Shown here in pieces: positions 14,190 through 27,099 of a stretch of 64,000 nucleotides of DNA. Positions within the stretch are counted from its first letter, which is position 1, and each line of letters opens with the position of its first letter. Under the pieces are notes generated by a model. The model saw only the letters and a list, made by a program, of their open reading frames with translations. It did no database searches and was not told where the DNA came from. This stretch comes from Spongospora subterranea f. sp. subterranea (taxonomy: Eukaryota), in contig JAUGWO010000102.1 in the NCBI GenBank assembly GCA_049724395.1, positions 62,001-126,000 on the forward strand. Direction: 5' to 3'. Position numbers and translations under genes: made by a program.

Positions 14190-15625
14190 TCAGATCGCTT
14201 CATCATTTAGAGCGTGTTGGTTTATCTGTAACATTACCTATGCAAAATTAACAACAAAAAAATGATAAAACGTTGTGATGGCCAGTTCAACGAACCTTGC
14301 TTTTGATTGCAGAGCTTTTGATCAGCGACCCATTATACATTATTGTCGAATTAAACATGCTGTTTGGCAGTGATTTTGGGTCAATTTGGAGAAATCGCCC
14401 ACTGATGATTTTTCCAGCATTGCAATCGTTATTCGTCCTATTTGGGATAGAGGGCAGTGTGTTTTCCTTGTCAGCAACGATGTTATGCTGCAGTTTAAGT
14501 GTTGATGAACGGTAAATTAGATAGTTCATAAAAGCGCTACATACCTTTATATTGTAAGGATTGGGTTTCTTCAATGAATTTCCAGATCGGACACACTGAT
14601 CTTTTGAAATAGGTTGAAGTGGGCCCCTTGACTTTCCAGAACCCGTTTTCGTTGAGTTCCTGACCAGACATTCCTCGCTGACAGGCATGCTTGCAGTTGA
14701 GCCACAAATCAGATCGCAAATGGCAATTCTGGTGATGAATGTTTCAGGTAAGGGAGGCCATGCGGGGCACCACCCGTTGCCGTACGCGGGCGGGAGTGTT
14801 GGAGTGGATGGCGTTACACCACAGGTGTGGCATGTGCTCTGTGTAACCTGGGGGCAATATCAGACCCGACCTAATCTTACCAGGTGGGTGGCGACTATCG
14901 TGGGCACAGGAACTCATGGGTTTATGCAAGACCCAGATCCTACCATTTGCTATAGTAGCATGCTTTCGCATAAATACTGCAATGTTGAACAAATCGCCAG
15001 ACGGACAGAGGCAATGACAGCATTACGCAACAGACACTGAGTACCGGAACAGTTATCAAAATAATGCATCAAATGAATGCCATCTGTTTCATTCGTCAAC
15101 ATTCTCTACAAAGCGAGCCCACTGAGCTCAAGGACGTTTTGAATTGAAAAAATACAAACTTAGTTAAAACGTTTTTTGACCTATGAATCCAAATAAGTTT
15201 GCTACAAATAGTATAATAGGTTTATCTACACAAATAACGCCAAAAGAAGACGAGGCATGACAGCGGGGTAGCACGGTGGAACCCTGAGTGAAGATAAATC
15301 AGGCGGAGCATATTCAAAACTGTTGTCTTTTACGAAGACGTAATACGTAAGCATAATTGAAAAGTGGTGCGCCTGCAATATGTACGAGTAGTTTTAAAAA
15401 AAAGAAAGTTTTGCCCGTTTAATTGAAACCCTCTCGGTTTTCGGCATATCAGGTGCGTATCGCTTAATTTTTTTTCTCAAACAGTTCAAAAACAATTATA
15501 GCTGGTTTGTTGCCGTTGTTTTTGCTGTTGTGAACCTCAAACTATGTTGTCACGGTTATATTCCAGATAAGTTGTTCAGAGGAACGACCATCCAAGTGTT
15601 TGATGAAGTCAATCTCCCATCCATG
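14190..15625 (-). CDS. Hypothetical multi-exon protein, boundaries uncertain
   Basis: Open exon-like segments flanked by GT/AG (VTQSTCHTCGVTPSTP..KKPNPYNIK; AHHFSIMLTYYVF..). No family recognised. Confidence 0.4.
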
Positions 15626-15731
15626 TGTGATCAACTACGGTTGTCTACCGCAGCCACGGTATGGAAGCGGCCTCCCCAAACACAGTAGAACTTGATCAAG
15701 TGAAATCATTCGTATTTGACCGTATGCTGAT

Positions 15732-17863
15732 ATGGAGGAATATGAGGAACAACAGGTTTACATTTAACATTATTTGTTGTTTCATTATCCACATTCATCG
15801 TCAGATTGAACATTTAATCCCTGGGAATTCATTGGAGTACGACGCCGACGAACCGTCCATCCTGGATAAAGATAGCGTTTTGTCTGTTTGGTCGGATATG
15901 AACAATATTCTCGTCTTGGTACTTCTTTGTCAGTTATTTTTAAATCCCGGTTATATTTTGTGATTAAACTGAATGGTCTCGTTAGATACGATTCAAGGGG
16001 TTCCTCTAGGCCTAACATTCGGTATAATGCTCGTTGTTTACGCATGCCTAAGGTTTCAGTAAAGCTTCAGGAAGTGTTCCGTTTATGCTCCAATCTTCGT
16101 CTTCATATACCGATATCGGTGTGTTCAGCTTTGCGTCGTATCCATACAGTCTTAAATTATTATGGTCTCCAATCGTCGACTCGATATTTTCTGAAGATAA
16201 GCCATTCTTCTTTCAATGTATTTCGTTAATTTATACTGCGTGATTACATATGGGCAGGCGAAAATCTTGGATTGTCCCTATACAGCTGATGGTTGGCCTA
16301 ATTCTCGTCACCAATTCGTCTCTGTAAGATGTATAAACTGCCACAATGGTAAACTCAGTTTGATTTTGAAGAATCGAAAATTACGTTCTGGCTGCTTCTG
16401 GAGCTTCACATCATCACGATATCAGGGTATTAACTATGCTGTTCTTCATTGTTATTCTACTCGTAGCCACCCAAGATATCGCCAGTTGATGGTATATATA
16501 TCTTGTATATAACGGCCATTGTCGTCTGCCTGAAAAGCACATCAGGATGGGCATTATCCATGCTTTCAAAAGACAACCGCGGTTTAGCGTCGACATGCCA
16601 ATCGATTGGGCAAAATATTGGGTTCTTCATGAGCTATACAATCTTTCTTGCCCTCAGCTCTCCGTCTTTCTGCAATCAATGGATCCGTAAAGAACCTCGT
16701 ATGTTGTCACGAGCATTGTCATCCCTTTCTAATCTATCTCTTTGCTATCCGCTCAGTTTCTGTTGGAATAACGTCATTATCCTCGTACATATATTTTTGG
16801 GGTTGGGTCATGATTGTATCGACGCTGCTCATATGGCTATTCAAGACAGAAAAGCGCTCGAACATGAAACAATCTTTGTTAGGAGTGTATTATGATATTT
16901 GGGATGTTATTCAGCTTCCTGCGATGCGATCACTCCTGGTCATTCTTTTAACCGCCAAGCTTGCCTTTAGGTCAGGTTCACAATTTCAATGTTTTTCAAA
17001 TGATCATTACTTTCTACTAGTGGAGCAGACAATGTCACTATTCTCAAGCTTGTCGAAAAGGCATGCGTAGTATAAGGAATTTGCTTATGTTTCTTATTTT
17101 CTGTAGGGATTTCCTCGCGAAGCGATGGCGCTTATGGTATTTCTCTCGTTTCCGTTTGATATTTTATTGCCAATATTGGTGAGTCGATGGGCAAGAGCAG
17201 ATGGAAATACTCCTCTGAGCGCATATATATTCGCATTTCCAATCCGGATTGGGTTGACACTTGTTGGGGCAACTCTTGTTTATTTCTTTCCGGTCAGTAA
17301 ACCGTCCTTATTTTTGCTTCGCTCCCCATTATTCACGTTTCTCTTCATAAATCTCAGTCTGATCCACAAGAGCATTCAATTATGTTTTATGTTTTAGCCT
17401 TCTCTATCCAGGTATAGTTAATGCAGTTCATAATTTTAGGTTGTTCACCATGCAATCAGGTGCTATATTCTTTTACTTCTAACGCGATGTTCGTTGCTTT
17501 ATGCACGTTCTTCGCCGAAATTGCGGATGTCAGAATAGGGTAAGCTATCTGTTAGCTTTAAACGCACGTCATGCCTAATGAGCCCCATTTTTCAGTGGTA
17601 CATATATGACACTTTTGAATACAGTGACTAATTTGGGAGGGACGTGGCCAAAGTTTTTCGTATTGTACTTCGTTGATCAATTCACGTCGTCTACCTGCAC
17701 TGACGAAGGTGTCTGCACTATCTATCGCGATGGTTATTACGTTGTCTGTGGAGCATGTGCTTGCTATGGGCTTGTGTGGTGGCTAATAATGAGGCGACGA
17801 ATCTTGGCGGTTCAAATGATGGATAAGTCTGCTTGGAAGGTTCAAACAGGAAAACATGAATAA
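15732..17863 (+). CDS. SLC33A1: Acetyl-CoA transporter AT-1 (MFS); needs non-canonical introns and has one apparent 1-nt insertion
   Basis: YTIQGVPLGL, YPYSLKLLWSPIVD, GRRKSW, TQDIA(VD)GWAL, GTYMTLLNTVTNLGGTWP, DGYY. Confidence 0.93.
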
Positions 17864-18186
17864 CTGTCAATTCGGTTTATCCGCATCAATACATTTTCAC
17901 CCATGAAAGAGCATGTTGCAGTTGCTTGCTCCATATTTAAGATTTTGAGACGATAGGTACCTGCGCCTTTACGGATGCTATAGATCGATTCGTCGCTGAA
18001 ATGTGTATATATCTAGTAAAGTTGGGAGATATTCCCAATTCTTGCGCTGATCAACTTTGCTGCTCCGACCTTGTAAACCATCCGAGGGGCGTTGAAAACC
18101 AAATTTGAGCTTTGGTGCTGAATACGAACCGTTTCAGATTCAACAAATTCTGTACGATGAAATCACTGTAGTTGTCATTGTTGCAT

Positions 18187-18962
18187 TCACATGCGAGGCG
18201 GTGTGATCGTGATCGGATTGCCACATGAGATTTTTTCAGACAAGCCATAAGAAGCCTTGCCATTTCTCAAATGTTGCTCGTCTGTCAAATGAGCGAGTGA
18301 TAATATTATTGAGATCGTGTTTCTTTCAAATAATGGGTGATGAGAGAGTCGATGCAAAAGAGATGGCTGATCAAAATCTGATAATCCAGCCAATACTGCG
18401 AATCGTCGTTGATACCGACTTCGGTGCATGGCCTGCTCTACCACTTGCTTGACATGATTCGATGACGCGAGTGAAGCGGCGTCAATGGCCATATCAACCC
18501 ATAGTATATGGTCAACATTGTCAATAAACCACTGACAGATATGACCATACCCTGCTTGGCATGAAAGGTGCAATATTGTCCACCCGCTCTAGGATGCAAT
18601 CTCAGTCAATGATTGTGTATAGTTGTGTGGTTATCGACCTGACATGGGTTGTCCGATGTATATTGGCGCCATGTCCATGTAACAGCTTGATGACCTCAAA
18701 ATTGCCACAATATGCAGCCCAATGCATTGCATTGTATCCATACTGATAACGGAAGCTACAGTCAACATCAAGTTCAATCCAAACTTACTTTGTTGTCGAA
18801 TCTTACAAAGTTGACATCAAAACAGTCTAGATCTAAATTGTTACAAGATAACAACTTCCGTATTAAGGTGCAATCTCCAGTTCGTGCCGCATTATGCAAC
18901 GCCCTCTCTGAACTGATAAGACGCCCATCAATCATACCGATAGTATGGTTTTCGTTCACCAC
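18187..18962 (-). CDS. Ankyrin-repeat protein (5' end unresolved)
   Basis: ALHNAARTG, GYNAMHWAAYCGNFEVIKLLHGHGA, GWTILHLSCQAG. Confidence 0.85.
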
Positions 18963-19427
18963 TGTTTAACTGGAACTGCTTATCAATGATAAATTGAGAT
19001 TTTTTGAAAACCAAGATCCGTGCCGCTGCGCTAATAGATATTTCAAACTTTGCAAAAATCTATGCAAAATGCTCATTTGCTTTGGAACGAGCTGCTATAC
19101 TAGCAATTTCCATGGCTACTAGTTAACACTGATGTGATGTAGTGTATCGGTAATAAATTCCCTGCAGAGAGATCTCAGCAAAAAATCTGCAAATGCCGAA
19201 AGTTCTCTTTCGTATGAAAAAGATGGAGTTCGAGTGTTGTGCCCATCACCGGTTTATAGTGGAAAATTAGGAACAGCAACTTCAGTACATACTATCTCGA
19301 GTGACAACCTTACCCTGCTACTAATCAAGTCGCTGTTAGTCATTACGCCCACAATCTACCTCTAGCTCGAGCACAGGTTACGGAAGGTCATTGATCATTC
19401 ATGTATATTTGGTCATATAATTATATC

Positions 19428-20625
19428 TTAGAATTGTAAAGTAGCAGGAAGGGCTCCCGAACACGCCGATGAATCAGCCTGTAATTCTTTATCCGACGTC
19501 TCAACGGGAAGTGCGACTCTTTCAACAATAACTTCTGTTTTCTTCAATTTGAATAGAAACTCGTCAGACTCTGGAACGTTGAGAGTGGACGATGACTTCT
19601 CTATCCTCATGATTCCATCAAATGGGCCATATATTGCGGGTTTTCCGATAAAACTATGCATGCTCAAGACGATATCGGATAGATACTCTAATCGAGATAC
19701 GTCTTCGCTTGACATGAGATCGACTGGCAATGATACCATTATTATTGAGAACGATTCCCTGGCCAGAGCCTTTAGGCCATGAAAAGAACTTGACCAGCGA
19801 TCGGAGTGATGAATTTGGATCGCAGCCAAGAAACGGAGATACAGGAGAATGTATAATTACACGGGCCATGTTGAACGGAACACCATCTTCTCCCATACTA
19901 TGACACAGTTAGAAAGATTTACACAAATTGCCTAGATAATTGGTACCATTTTTTCATTGCCAAGTGTGATCTAACACGAGTGAGAAGATCGTCAAAGTAA
20001 TTTTGAGAGCCATAGTGATATTCTGAAAATGACCGTAGCGAGATTAGAAAAGGAGCATTGGCTTTCCAAGACTCCGAGCTCATCGAACGGCTCAAGTCGA
20101 AATTCAGGGAAGAAACTGGAGATGTGGATGACGGCTTAGCGGAATTCTGATACCGCCAGGAGATCTTGAATTGCTGCGGAGCTTCCGACTGCGGTTTTTT
20201 CTTTTTGGGAGCGATTATCATTGGGATCGTTGATGGAGATATAGAGTCGTCGGGAGAACACTGAACTACACAGTGACCTATTCAAAACAGATATATAAGA
20301 ATAAACACCACGACGGCTGCTGCGGTGTCAAAGGGCGAACCTCTGCCGATGCCTTCAGCAAGGAAACATCTTAACCATGTTAGATAATTTGACGATGGTG
20401 TATCATGCTTAATTAATACAAAAGATTTCACCTGAAGGACCATCAAAACGTGGTAAATGATGAACTGAGATGTGATATTACAGGGAGCCCGCCACCTAAG
20501 GACTCGTCGAAGCCTGGTATCCCTGACGATGTAAGATATGAACCATTTAACCAGCGACGTACTCCAGGAATAGTAGGTGTTATCATATCATTTATGGCTG
20601 CTGAATGACGCCTGAAGGATGACAT
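19428..20625 (-). CDS. ELP4: Elongator complex protein 4; apparent +1 frameshift near 19783
   Basis: PGVR..TSSGIPGFDESLGGGLPV, FLAEG, FKISWRYQ, FKLKK..C-terminal LQF. Confidence 0.9.
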
Positions 20626-20845
20626 TGGCCAAAGCCAAAAAATGTAATGCCGTCAATCCAGCCTTCGGACAATTCTCCGTGATTCCATTGACCTTTCCCA
20701 CTGTTAGAGACCGAACTCCGCCAGCGTCACTAAGAAGTTTCTGAAATCTGGAAGAGCTGAGCGATTTTTGCTAACGCGTCAGAATCCGACGTTCAACGAC
20801 TCGACAGTCTAATGCATCAACATCTTGGGTTATTTTGTTAATTGT

Positions 20846-22340
20846 TTACAAATAGTTGTCTGCAAAGATTTTATCCTGGATGAAACCTGCGACATAATCA
20901 AACTCGACCTCGTTTAGGGCTTCTAATTCCGCTTTGATTTTGTTATGAACGATATCTTCAACCATCTATAACTAGTTAGAAGAGCCCTTCTTGGAGCAAC
21001 AATCCAACCTGTTGATATGGACGGTAGTTTTTTACATAAGGGTTTTGCAAAAGCCCAGTAGCAACTGCATGTGCTTCAGCCCAAATTGCTGAGACGGTTC
21101 ACATTTTTTACCTGAAATATCACGAGAGGACAAAGGTTTCATATATTCGTCGCTGATCCGTAGCTTGCAAAGGTCATCCCAGAATAGGCCTAAGGTCCCC
21201 GTCAGTCAGACAAAATTCACATTCAGCAACAGTCTCGATACCAATGTATTTGATGTCACACTGGTATTGACTGGATTCCCAGCCGTTATTGTTCGATCCA
21301 AACTTGTAGTTAAAAAAAATTGCTGCGCCTAATGAGTATCGAAGTTTCGAGAGTTATCATTCACTCGGTCAAGGAATAATGCTCGTTGTTACCATACGGA
21401 TTGTAATCAAATAGCCCATACACTGGTAATCCCAGCCTTTTCTGAAGCGATTTGACAAATCTACGAGTAAGCATTCCAGGCATCCCTTTTCCCGTTATCA
21501 AGACCGCATTCATGCGTCGATGTAGCTGCTGAACGACCAAACGAGAAAATATCGCCTCTAAAGTGAGCCATTCTGGATGGCGTTGATAGAGCCACTATTG
21601 TCTTACCTTTCTCAACTACAATAATCATGTGTGCAGTTGATTCAATGCCGTCCTCATCGCAAACCATATTCGACGTGATTAATTGGGCATGATCTCTACA
21701 GTTAATCACTGCCCCGTTGGCCTGCACCGTACTGACTTGATGACATTGTCGTGATGAACGCGAGGACCCACCTCAGTAATAACAACATCACCTAAAACAA
21801 GTCCTCTTGGGGATCCTTCTATGAATAGGCTATGTCTTGGGAGTTTCAAGATTGAGCATATATCTACCCAACAACTGCAAAGTAAGTCACAGATGTTTTT
21901 TTGACATGACGTTTGCAAAATACCTTGAACGATTCGGTAAACCTGATCTGGGGCTGTGAAAACTTTGAGGTTATAATATAGTTCCCGAAGGGTCACGGTT
22001 GATTCGTATTTCAATGGGTTAGTAACAATGTAGGCAAGACAACTCCAAACTACAGTCATCTAGGAGTATTATCTACGGAAAAGTCACTTATACAATTCTG
22101 ACATTTCACATGATATTCAAGATTGCGGGTGTCAAGTTTGATTATTCTAACCGACTGTCCGTTGACTTTACGTCTGTGCTGTGAATCCTACGCTTAATGG
22201 TGTCCGATTACCAAGCATACAGTAATCACCTTCGCGATTGCGCATTGATTCAAAGAGAGGCTGACCGCATAAGACTTCATGAGATTATGAATCCGCTGAC
22301 GTGCTTGTTCAGGCGATAACGCCACGATGTGATCATCCAT
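20846..22340 (-). CDS. SPO11: Meiotic transesterase Spo11 / Topo VI subunit A family, Spo11-2-like
   Basis: TLRELYY (catalytic Tyr), VVEKEAIFSRL, LITGKGMPG..TRRF, YGLFDYNPYG, YKFGS, KAELEAL. Confidence 0.93.
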
Positions 22341-23081
22341 GATCAAATACGGTAATGACTTACGAAACCATTGTAATCATTGTCTCAGTACAGGTAACGG
22401 ATATCGCATACCGTTTGTTGTTACTACAGTCTGCATGACCTCCTGCAGCGGGCAATCATAAGTGTTCAGTAACAAATATCACAGCCTACCGTGATTCTGT
22501 TACACTATATAAGACCGGCATCACCGCCTACCATATCCCGGTCATTCCAATCGGCAATCATCACAGCCTTGCCGCCGACAGTCCTCTGATATTACAGTCG
22601 ACATTCAACTTCATATACTAAATAATCTGCCAATATCACAGCATATAATGAACGTTGCTGTCGCATATCACAGCATTGCCGCCAACCATTTATTTGTGCT
22701 AGCTAGAGTCTGCAGTTTTATAACCACCCGTTGGTCATCAATCATCATACGTTTCAGAGTAAGACACAGTAAGAATAATAGTAATCGGAACCAGCTGCGG
22801 CCCCTGCCACTGCCAGAGTCTATCCGTTACCTGTCTGCCATCTGCCGTCTCCAAGTGCGCGCTGCGGATGAGTATTTACTTACCGATGCCGAAAGGGCAA
22901 CTCAATTGGGTGTCCCTCAACTTATATCCACTGTGTCGGCTGGTTGGCGCCCAATAAATTCCGGGAAACGTTTGATCGTTGCCTTTGATTGCAATTATTG
23001 TGCTCCTGTGTCGTTCAGGTCATGTGGTTGCGCTAACTGCACCAAAACCCGATTGTTTTTCAGCATAAATTTGCAGTCACA

Positions 23082-25854
23082 ATGGGCAATTCGAGCGGAT
23101 TCAAGCCAAAGGTGGACCAGGAAACGGCTAACATACCAGCTCCTGATAACTTTTTTCCATGTAATCTTAAAAAAACCGACGTCGTGTTCGCGCCGATTGG
23201 GCGCTTAGGTGTGGGAAGGTGCATCACATCCATGGCATACGACACATCAGAGCGTATTCTTGCGGTCGGGACTAGCTCTGGGATGGTCATGATCATAGCT
23301 AGTGACACAATTCAAACTATTCTAAGGATTGCAGATGGCAATTCGACCAGAAATCTGCATTTCCTGCGAGATGTAAAGCTCTTTGTTATTACCGACGCTG
23401 GCAACGAATTGTGGAATTGGTCGACAGGAAGCCGATTAGTGTTATTTGACGCCATTATTCCTTGCTCGATTCCATATTTGAACAGCTTCATTCTATTTGG
23501 TTCAGATGATGGGCAAGTTGAAACTTTTGATGCTGAAAACGGTCGCTTGTCCTCATACATTGTCACTCAACCAAGCCCGGCTCAATTTTCGGATGTGTCC
23601 GGCGACGAATCTGGAAACCGACCTCACGATCGACACAACTCCAGAACGCACGTTGCGGCTGTTGCCGAAGACGGCAATTCTCTTTGGATCGCATATTCAA
23701 ACTACTCCATCCGTCAATGGGATTTGAAGCAACGAAAAGACACAGGCTGGTATACTAGCCCCGACCCAGTATCATTATTGGCAATTGAGCCATCCTCAGC
23801 TCGTCAATCCGCCAGATTTGCCTGTTCGGGTTCCAATGGAAGGGTTATCATCTGGAATAAGAAGTCAACAGCGCCGTGTTCTTATTTGCAGTCCTCCGAG
23901 TCGTCTGAGATATCTCCTCCTGCTGTTCAGCTTATCTGGTCCGATCATGGTCATATCGTTGTATTGCGGGCCGATGCTCCCCCATCGATATCCGTTTATA
24001 ACGGTTCGGATTATTCCTTGACGTCCCAGATATCTGGCGACATTGTTTACTTCCTCCCCATATCGTCGGCCGAATCGCCAACACTGATCGCCAGCAGTTC
24101 CCTAGGGGAAGTATTCCTAACCAGGCTGGAGCCTTCCAGTCCGAGATCCATCGTGGTCTCGTCAGATTTCTCACAATGTGTGGCTTTTACAATGACGGCC
24201 GATCCATCTCTGATCTCTTGGCTAACTGACCTCAAGGCGTCTACCTCCCCTACTCCGCTTCAGGATTCTATATTGAAGGGCGGCGTCGCCTCTGACTCTA
24301 AATTATCTCCATGCATTCTGATCACGGCCAGCCCAAAGCGAACTCTGTCTTTCTGGGATCTAACGTCCCCATTTGCCGCAGTGTTTCTATCCGATTTGGA
24401 TGTGAACGCGTTGTGCGATGCGTTCGATGACCGAGACGACGATTTATCTGACATCACTTTCCTGAAGATTTTCCCAGATATATCTGGGATCGCCATTGGT
24501 TTCTCTAATGGGAATAGTTTATTGATTCAGTACCAAACTTCTAGCAGTCCTGGTAAATTTTACACCAGAACGTTCATTACATCCCATTCTCATCCAGTGG
24601 TTGGAATAACGGTTTCAGCAATCCTTAACCGCATTGCCGTGTTTGACGCGCATTCCGTTAGTTTGAGCTCAATGGATACTGGCGAATTGGTGTTCGCAGT
24701 CCAGATCGCAAGAATCAGCTCCTTATTCTTTTGCGATATCGAGAATATGGACGATGGAGCGAATCATCCACTGAAGCCCGTTTTGTTAATCGGCACCTGG
24801 AAATGTGAAGTAATAGCATTGGACGCCATTACGGGAAACTGTCTGAATCAAGATTTCACCCCGTTGGCGGACTCTTCCAGAGATCATTGGACTACGCCGT
24901 CACCTTCTAAACATGCAATCGAAGGCGACAACAGTGCAGGTCGCTTTTTGAAACCAAGAAGAGATGTAAATATTGCCGGTATTGTTGGACTTCATGGAAA
25001 TCATATACCATTACAAACATTATCGGAATCCAACTCTGTCTATATATCTCCAAGGCTACTAGTCGGCATTTGGAATGCCTCAATTCGTGTCTGCGAGATC
25101 GACTTTGACGGAGCCAGCAAGACTTGGATGTTGAAATCCCTGGTGAGTGTCATCAAGGTTCTCCCCGCCTTACTTTGATTGCTGACGGTTATTTGCAGTG
25201 CGAAATACGACACGACGCGCGTTTTCTTTGTTGTTGGATCATCACAATAGATGAAAACAGTTCCGCCTTCGTAGCGATCGATGAACTAAGACGTTTACAG
25301 GTTCGGCGTCTCATGGACGTTGACACTCTTCTTTTAAGTGCCGATATCCCAGTTGATATTCGGTAGTATGCACCCATCTGTTCTCGCCGAGTATCTCAAA
25401 TTTGTTTAGGACGGAAGACATCAGTAAGATGGTGTGCACATCGGATGGGCGGTTGCTGTGGAAAACTGTGAATGATGAAATGGTTGTGTCGATGCTTTTC
25501 ATGGACTGCCTCAGAAAGATTCAGGCCCCAGTTATATCAGCAGGAGATAACGGTCGTTCAGCAGAGGGCAGAGGGACCCGCATATTGTCCTCGCTTTCGA
25601 AAGTCATTAAAGGCGCTTCTATTGTGGACCTGCTTCAGGAGGAACGCAAGCCTGAACCTAAACCTGAAGAAGAGAAATCGGAGGTGGTCGTCGCAGACGA
25701 GAATCCGTTGGCGGAAGTGACAGCTAAAGCTCGGGAAAACCTGGACAAGCTACGCGAGACGGCGGACACTAGTAAAAACCTGAATAATGCGGCTATGGAA
25801 TTCATGAACACCGCCAAACTGTTATCTGAGAAAAACAAGTCATCGTGGTTCTAG
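23082..25854 (+). CDS. Tomosyn/Lgl/Sro7-family WD40 protein with C-terminal R-SNARE-like motif
   Basis: MAYD..ILAVGTSSG N-terminal propeller pattern and WD-like repeats. C-terminal ENLDKL..NLNNAAMEFMNTAKLL..SWF resembles the tomosyn VAMP-like tail; no TM helix. Confidence 0.8.
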
Positions 25855-25951
25855 TTAATCAAATATAATATGTGGATCTTATTTGAGAGAATAGCTGATC
25901 TGATCTACTGGGGTAGTTGAGCATGTATAATATTAGATAATAGTAATGCGT

Positions 25952-26938
25952 CTAAAGTCGCATAGACAAATCAGACCGTTCTGAAACTGTGTTCGCCGCA
26001 GATGGCATAACGAATCCAGGGAGTCTAGTCAATAGTTGACTGATCACATTTCGGATGGATTGAGCGGCGGGGGTGCCAGAATGTGCCTGGGTAAACGAGA
26101 CCCCTTTCTCACAGCATTGCATCAATCTTGGGTCGAGAGGAATCGACCCGAGGAATGGCACTTTCATCTCGACACACATTTGCCGCGCTCCACCTGTACT
26201 ACCTTCGAAGATCTTCGTCTCGTGCTGGCAACATTCGCAAACAAATGAGCTCATATTCTCGACCACACCCAATATTGGCAGCTCGGCTTTCCGGCAGAAC
26301 GAGATTTCTTTCCTGACATCGAGTAGGGCCATCTCTTGAGGTGTTGTGACAATGATGGCGCCATCCGGTTTACTCTCTTGCAGATACTGGGTTATTGATA
26401 GATGTTCATCTGATGTCCCTGGAGGTGCATCGACTATCAGGAAATCAAGCTCTGCCCAATCGACCTCGGTCAGAAACTGTTTGATCAACGCCGTTTTTCT
26501 TGGCCCACGCCAGACAATCGCGTCGGTTTTCGACCCTAGCATGAATCCGACTGACATGACCGCCAAATTATCGTTGGCGAATATCGGACTCCATCCCGAA
26601 CTTGACCGGTGTATTTCATTGTCGGGCACTCCGAACATGAGAGGAACCGACGGTCCACAGATGTCAATATCAAGTACACCGACCTGGGACATCTCCGATA
26701 GAGTCCAGGCCAGCTGTGCAGCAAATGTTGACTTTCCAACCCCTCCTTTCCCCGATAATACCAGGATTTTATGCTTGATCCCTGCCATTCGTTCGTTAAT
26801 GCTGGCGATTGCAGGATCGGCTATTCGGCCGGCGCCGGATTGGCAAGCGGATTGATTAGGACATCCAGCACATGATGTCGCTTGGCCTGCTGATTCAGAT
26901 GATGGGCCAACACACACCTCATTAACTTCATTAGACAT
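25952..26938 (-). CDS. NUBP1: Cytosolic Fe-S cluster assembly factor NUBP1/Nbp35, intronless
   Basis: N-terminal C-x13-CxxCPNQxxC, GKGGVGKS, DIDICGPS, WRGPRK, PPGTSDEH, VENMS..CxxC. Confidence 0.97.
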   Translation of the reverse strand: MSNEVNEVCVGPSSESAGQATSCAGCPNQSACQSGAGRIADPAIASINERMAGIKHKILVLSGKGGVGKSTFAAQLAWTLSEMSQVGVLDIDICGPSVPLMFGVPDNEIHRSSSGWSPIFANDNLAVMSVGFMLGSKTDAIVWRGPRKTALIKQFLTEVDWAELDFLIVDAPPGTSDEHLSITQYLQESKPDGAIIVTTPQEMALLDVRKEISFCRKAELPILGVVENMSSFVCECCQHETKIFEGSTGGARQMCVEMKVPFLGSIPLDPRLMQCCEKGVSFTQAHSGTPAAQSIRNVISQLLTRLPGFVMPSAANTVSERSDLSMRL

Positions 26939-27099
26939 GGCGCCTGCCAACTGATAAACGATTTGAACCCTAAGAGGACTGAGCCAACCTGACTCAACCG
27001 CTCCTTTTCGCCCAGGTGGACTGCCGCAGTCCGTGGCGGTGTCCGACAATATCGCTGAAGGCTTGACCCTTTGATACGTGTATTCATCAGCAACGTGAG

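Noticed and set aside
22476..22684. CRISPR-like repeat/spacer pattern (also near 32160 and 36874)
   Set aside because: Repeats are only 6-17 bp and irregular, there are no cas genes, and the context is eukaryotic.
26346..26855. Long antisense ORFs (also 5954-6439, 2294-2758, 44561-44965)
   Set aside because: Mostly shadows of real genes on the other strand, with no recognisable motifs.
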